Below, piece by piece: positions 62,426-64,000 of a stretch of 64,000 nucleotides of DNA. The notes below the pieces were generated by a model. The model did no database searches, was not told the DNA's origin, and saw only the letters and a list, made by a program, of their open reading frames with translations. Both the position numbers and the translations under genes were made by a program. Every line of letters begins with the position of its first letter. Positions within the stretch are counted from its first letter, which is position 1. The DNA is from Enoplolaimus lenunculus (Eukaryota), in NCBI GenBank assembly GCA_030248215.1, contig JASANG010001881.1, positions 1 through 64,000 of the forward strand, given 5' to 3'.

Positions 62426-62869
62426 CCTGTCTGGACAAGTAAAGTACGTTTTTCACAAACTGAACCAGAATACAAATATTCAAACTAACAATTTCAATTC
62501 AGTAAACATGCACGTTTGTGCGACTCAATCACTTTCATCAGTACTCATATTTACATGCTACATCCGGTCAATATCCGGTTTCGGAAAAACTCAATATCCG
62601 GCAAATTTATATCCGGTCGTATCCTGGCTAGAAGCTCAACTTTATCGGACGCAATATTTCAATACATGGTTTGTTTCGTTAAGCATCGGTAAAGTGCGTT
62701 TTACACCTCTCATCAACCATTATACACCCATTAAAACACGACACGAAAAGCTAAAACAATTTTTTCGCCGCGCCAGCCACGGTAACAATTTCCTACCCAC
62801 CGTTGTGCCCTCGCAAGTTGATTGTCACCGGCCCCCTCTGACCCGTCAGGTTTAACACCATAAATGCAC

Positions 62870-63842
62870 CTTAAAATGTGTTGCCGAAAAATTGCAACTG
62901 CAGTCATATGCATCGACTGCAGATCAACTTTTGTTATAAACCGGCACAAAATAATTGTACCTCGTTTATCTTTGTCAAAAATGTTTATCTGTTCAGGGGT
63001 GACCATCTCCTGCGATTCTGCAATCACTGTCGTACCCAAGGAATTTAGACTGACTGGGTAGACTGACTGGGAGTCGGAAGCGGACCAAAACGACTAAAAT
63101 ATTAGTGCATAAGATACAATTGGCAAAACGATAAACGATGCTTCAATGTGATACTGTCTTGTTTAGGGGTCTCAGCCAATTTAGGCTCTTAATCTTAGTA
63201 TTAACCCCCTGTCACAAATCGGTATCGGACAATTTATGGGTTTAAAAGCGGCCGTTGGCAAAGCTTTAAAGGTTGTAAATGGTTCAAAATGTACGACAGT
63301 CCAAATTGTGTGTTTTTTCAAAACGGATTCATATCAGGTGTGACATTTTATCAACGACGACTACAATGCATAATGTCAAACCTGGAAACGCAAATATACC
63401 GTAGATACAGAAGCCGATCCAAAAAATTGTGACGGGGGTGGGCGGGCTGACAAATGTTATAAATCGTGAAAATTGTATGGTAGGGATCTTATCATTTTAT
63501 CACCAAAAAATTTTCGAAGGGCGAAATATTGTAACGTAGGCTCTTTACAATTTTATCACAAAAAATTCCGCAGGAAAAATTGGCAAAGATTTCCGTTATT
63601 AGCCAGTAAACGGTCGTTGCTATCAAGTTAAGCCTTCGCAGGGTCACACCTACCGACGCTCCAAGTACGACATATGACCCTTCTAGGGTAAAATGGCGCG
63701 GGCTTGCTACAGCCCTGGCTAAACCGATATATTGTCTGATTGAAAGAACCTTTTCGCCTTTGGAACAATTCAGGTTAACCATTGCGTTATTATCGCTTAT
63801 TTGGCGTCTCACTCGCATCGTTCGTGAGTTTCCTTTGGCCAT
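62870..63842 (-). CDS. Tentative 5' eya exons (63842-63750 and 63093-62870)
   Basis: Only phase compatibility supports this: ATG GCC...AAG|GT (phase 0), then TTTTAG|TCG...TTA AG|GTGCAT (phase 2), then 58120 (needs phase 2). Donors are weak and no homology was recognised. Confidence 0.25.
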
Positions 63843-64000
63843 ATTATACCCGTATGTATGTGCCCCTGTTTTATAAATAAGCTATTGCGTTCCTGGTTGA
63901 TACCGTACAAGGGGGTCCCATCCTATGGACGCGGAAGGACGTTAGTGGATCCAGAGAACAAGGGAGGGGGTACGCCCCCATTTTTGTGATAAAACGGTAT

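Noticed and set aside
1..64000. Autonomous transposase or reverse transcriptase gene
   Set aside because: No ORF with recognisable DDE or RT motifs was seen; all elements appear non-autonomous.

Overview
Repeat-rich, AT-rich eukaryotic genomic DNA, almost certainly from a nematode: TTAGGC telomere-type hexamers occur throughout, acceptors are TTTCAG/TTTTAG, and one gene is an ACC-family channel. Two multi-exon genes can be assembled by hand on the minus strand with consistent intron phases. (1) A Cys-loop, PAR-motif anion-channel subunit of the ACC/LGC-46/47 group (11407-35112). It has two separate, intact N-terminal modules about 70% identical (A: 35112-34785 plus 32888-32639; B: 18655-17907, probably preceded by 19623-19543). 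Both end at the same phase-2 'VNYR' donor and can splice to one shared set of Cys-loop/TM exons. One shared exon has a non-canonical TTTCCG acceptor. (2) An eyes absent (eya) orthologue with at least 14 exons (43863-58120, 5' end uncertain), whose HAD motif IV reads GHG rather than GDG. Introns and intergenic DNA are packed with non-autonomous DNA transposons. The dominant family has GGCC-terminal TIRs and 8-bp TSDs (Merlin-like) and carries telomere-like TTAGGC cores; one copy has expanded into a ~2.7 kb satellite. Also present are a piggyBac-like MITE carrying a tRNA-Gly-like cassette, hAT-, Harbinger-, CACTG- and Tc1-like MITEs, a 30-bp higher-order satellite and (TA)n microsatellites. Most ORFs in the supplied track are artefacts of repeats. 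All coordinates were derived by manual reading, and no database searches were run.
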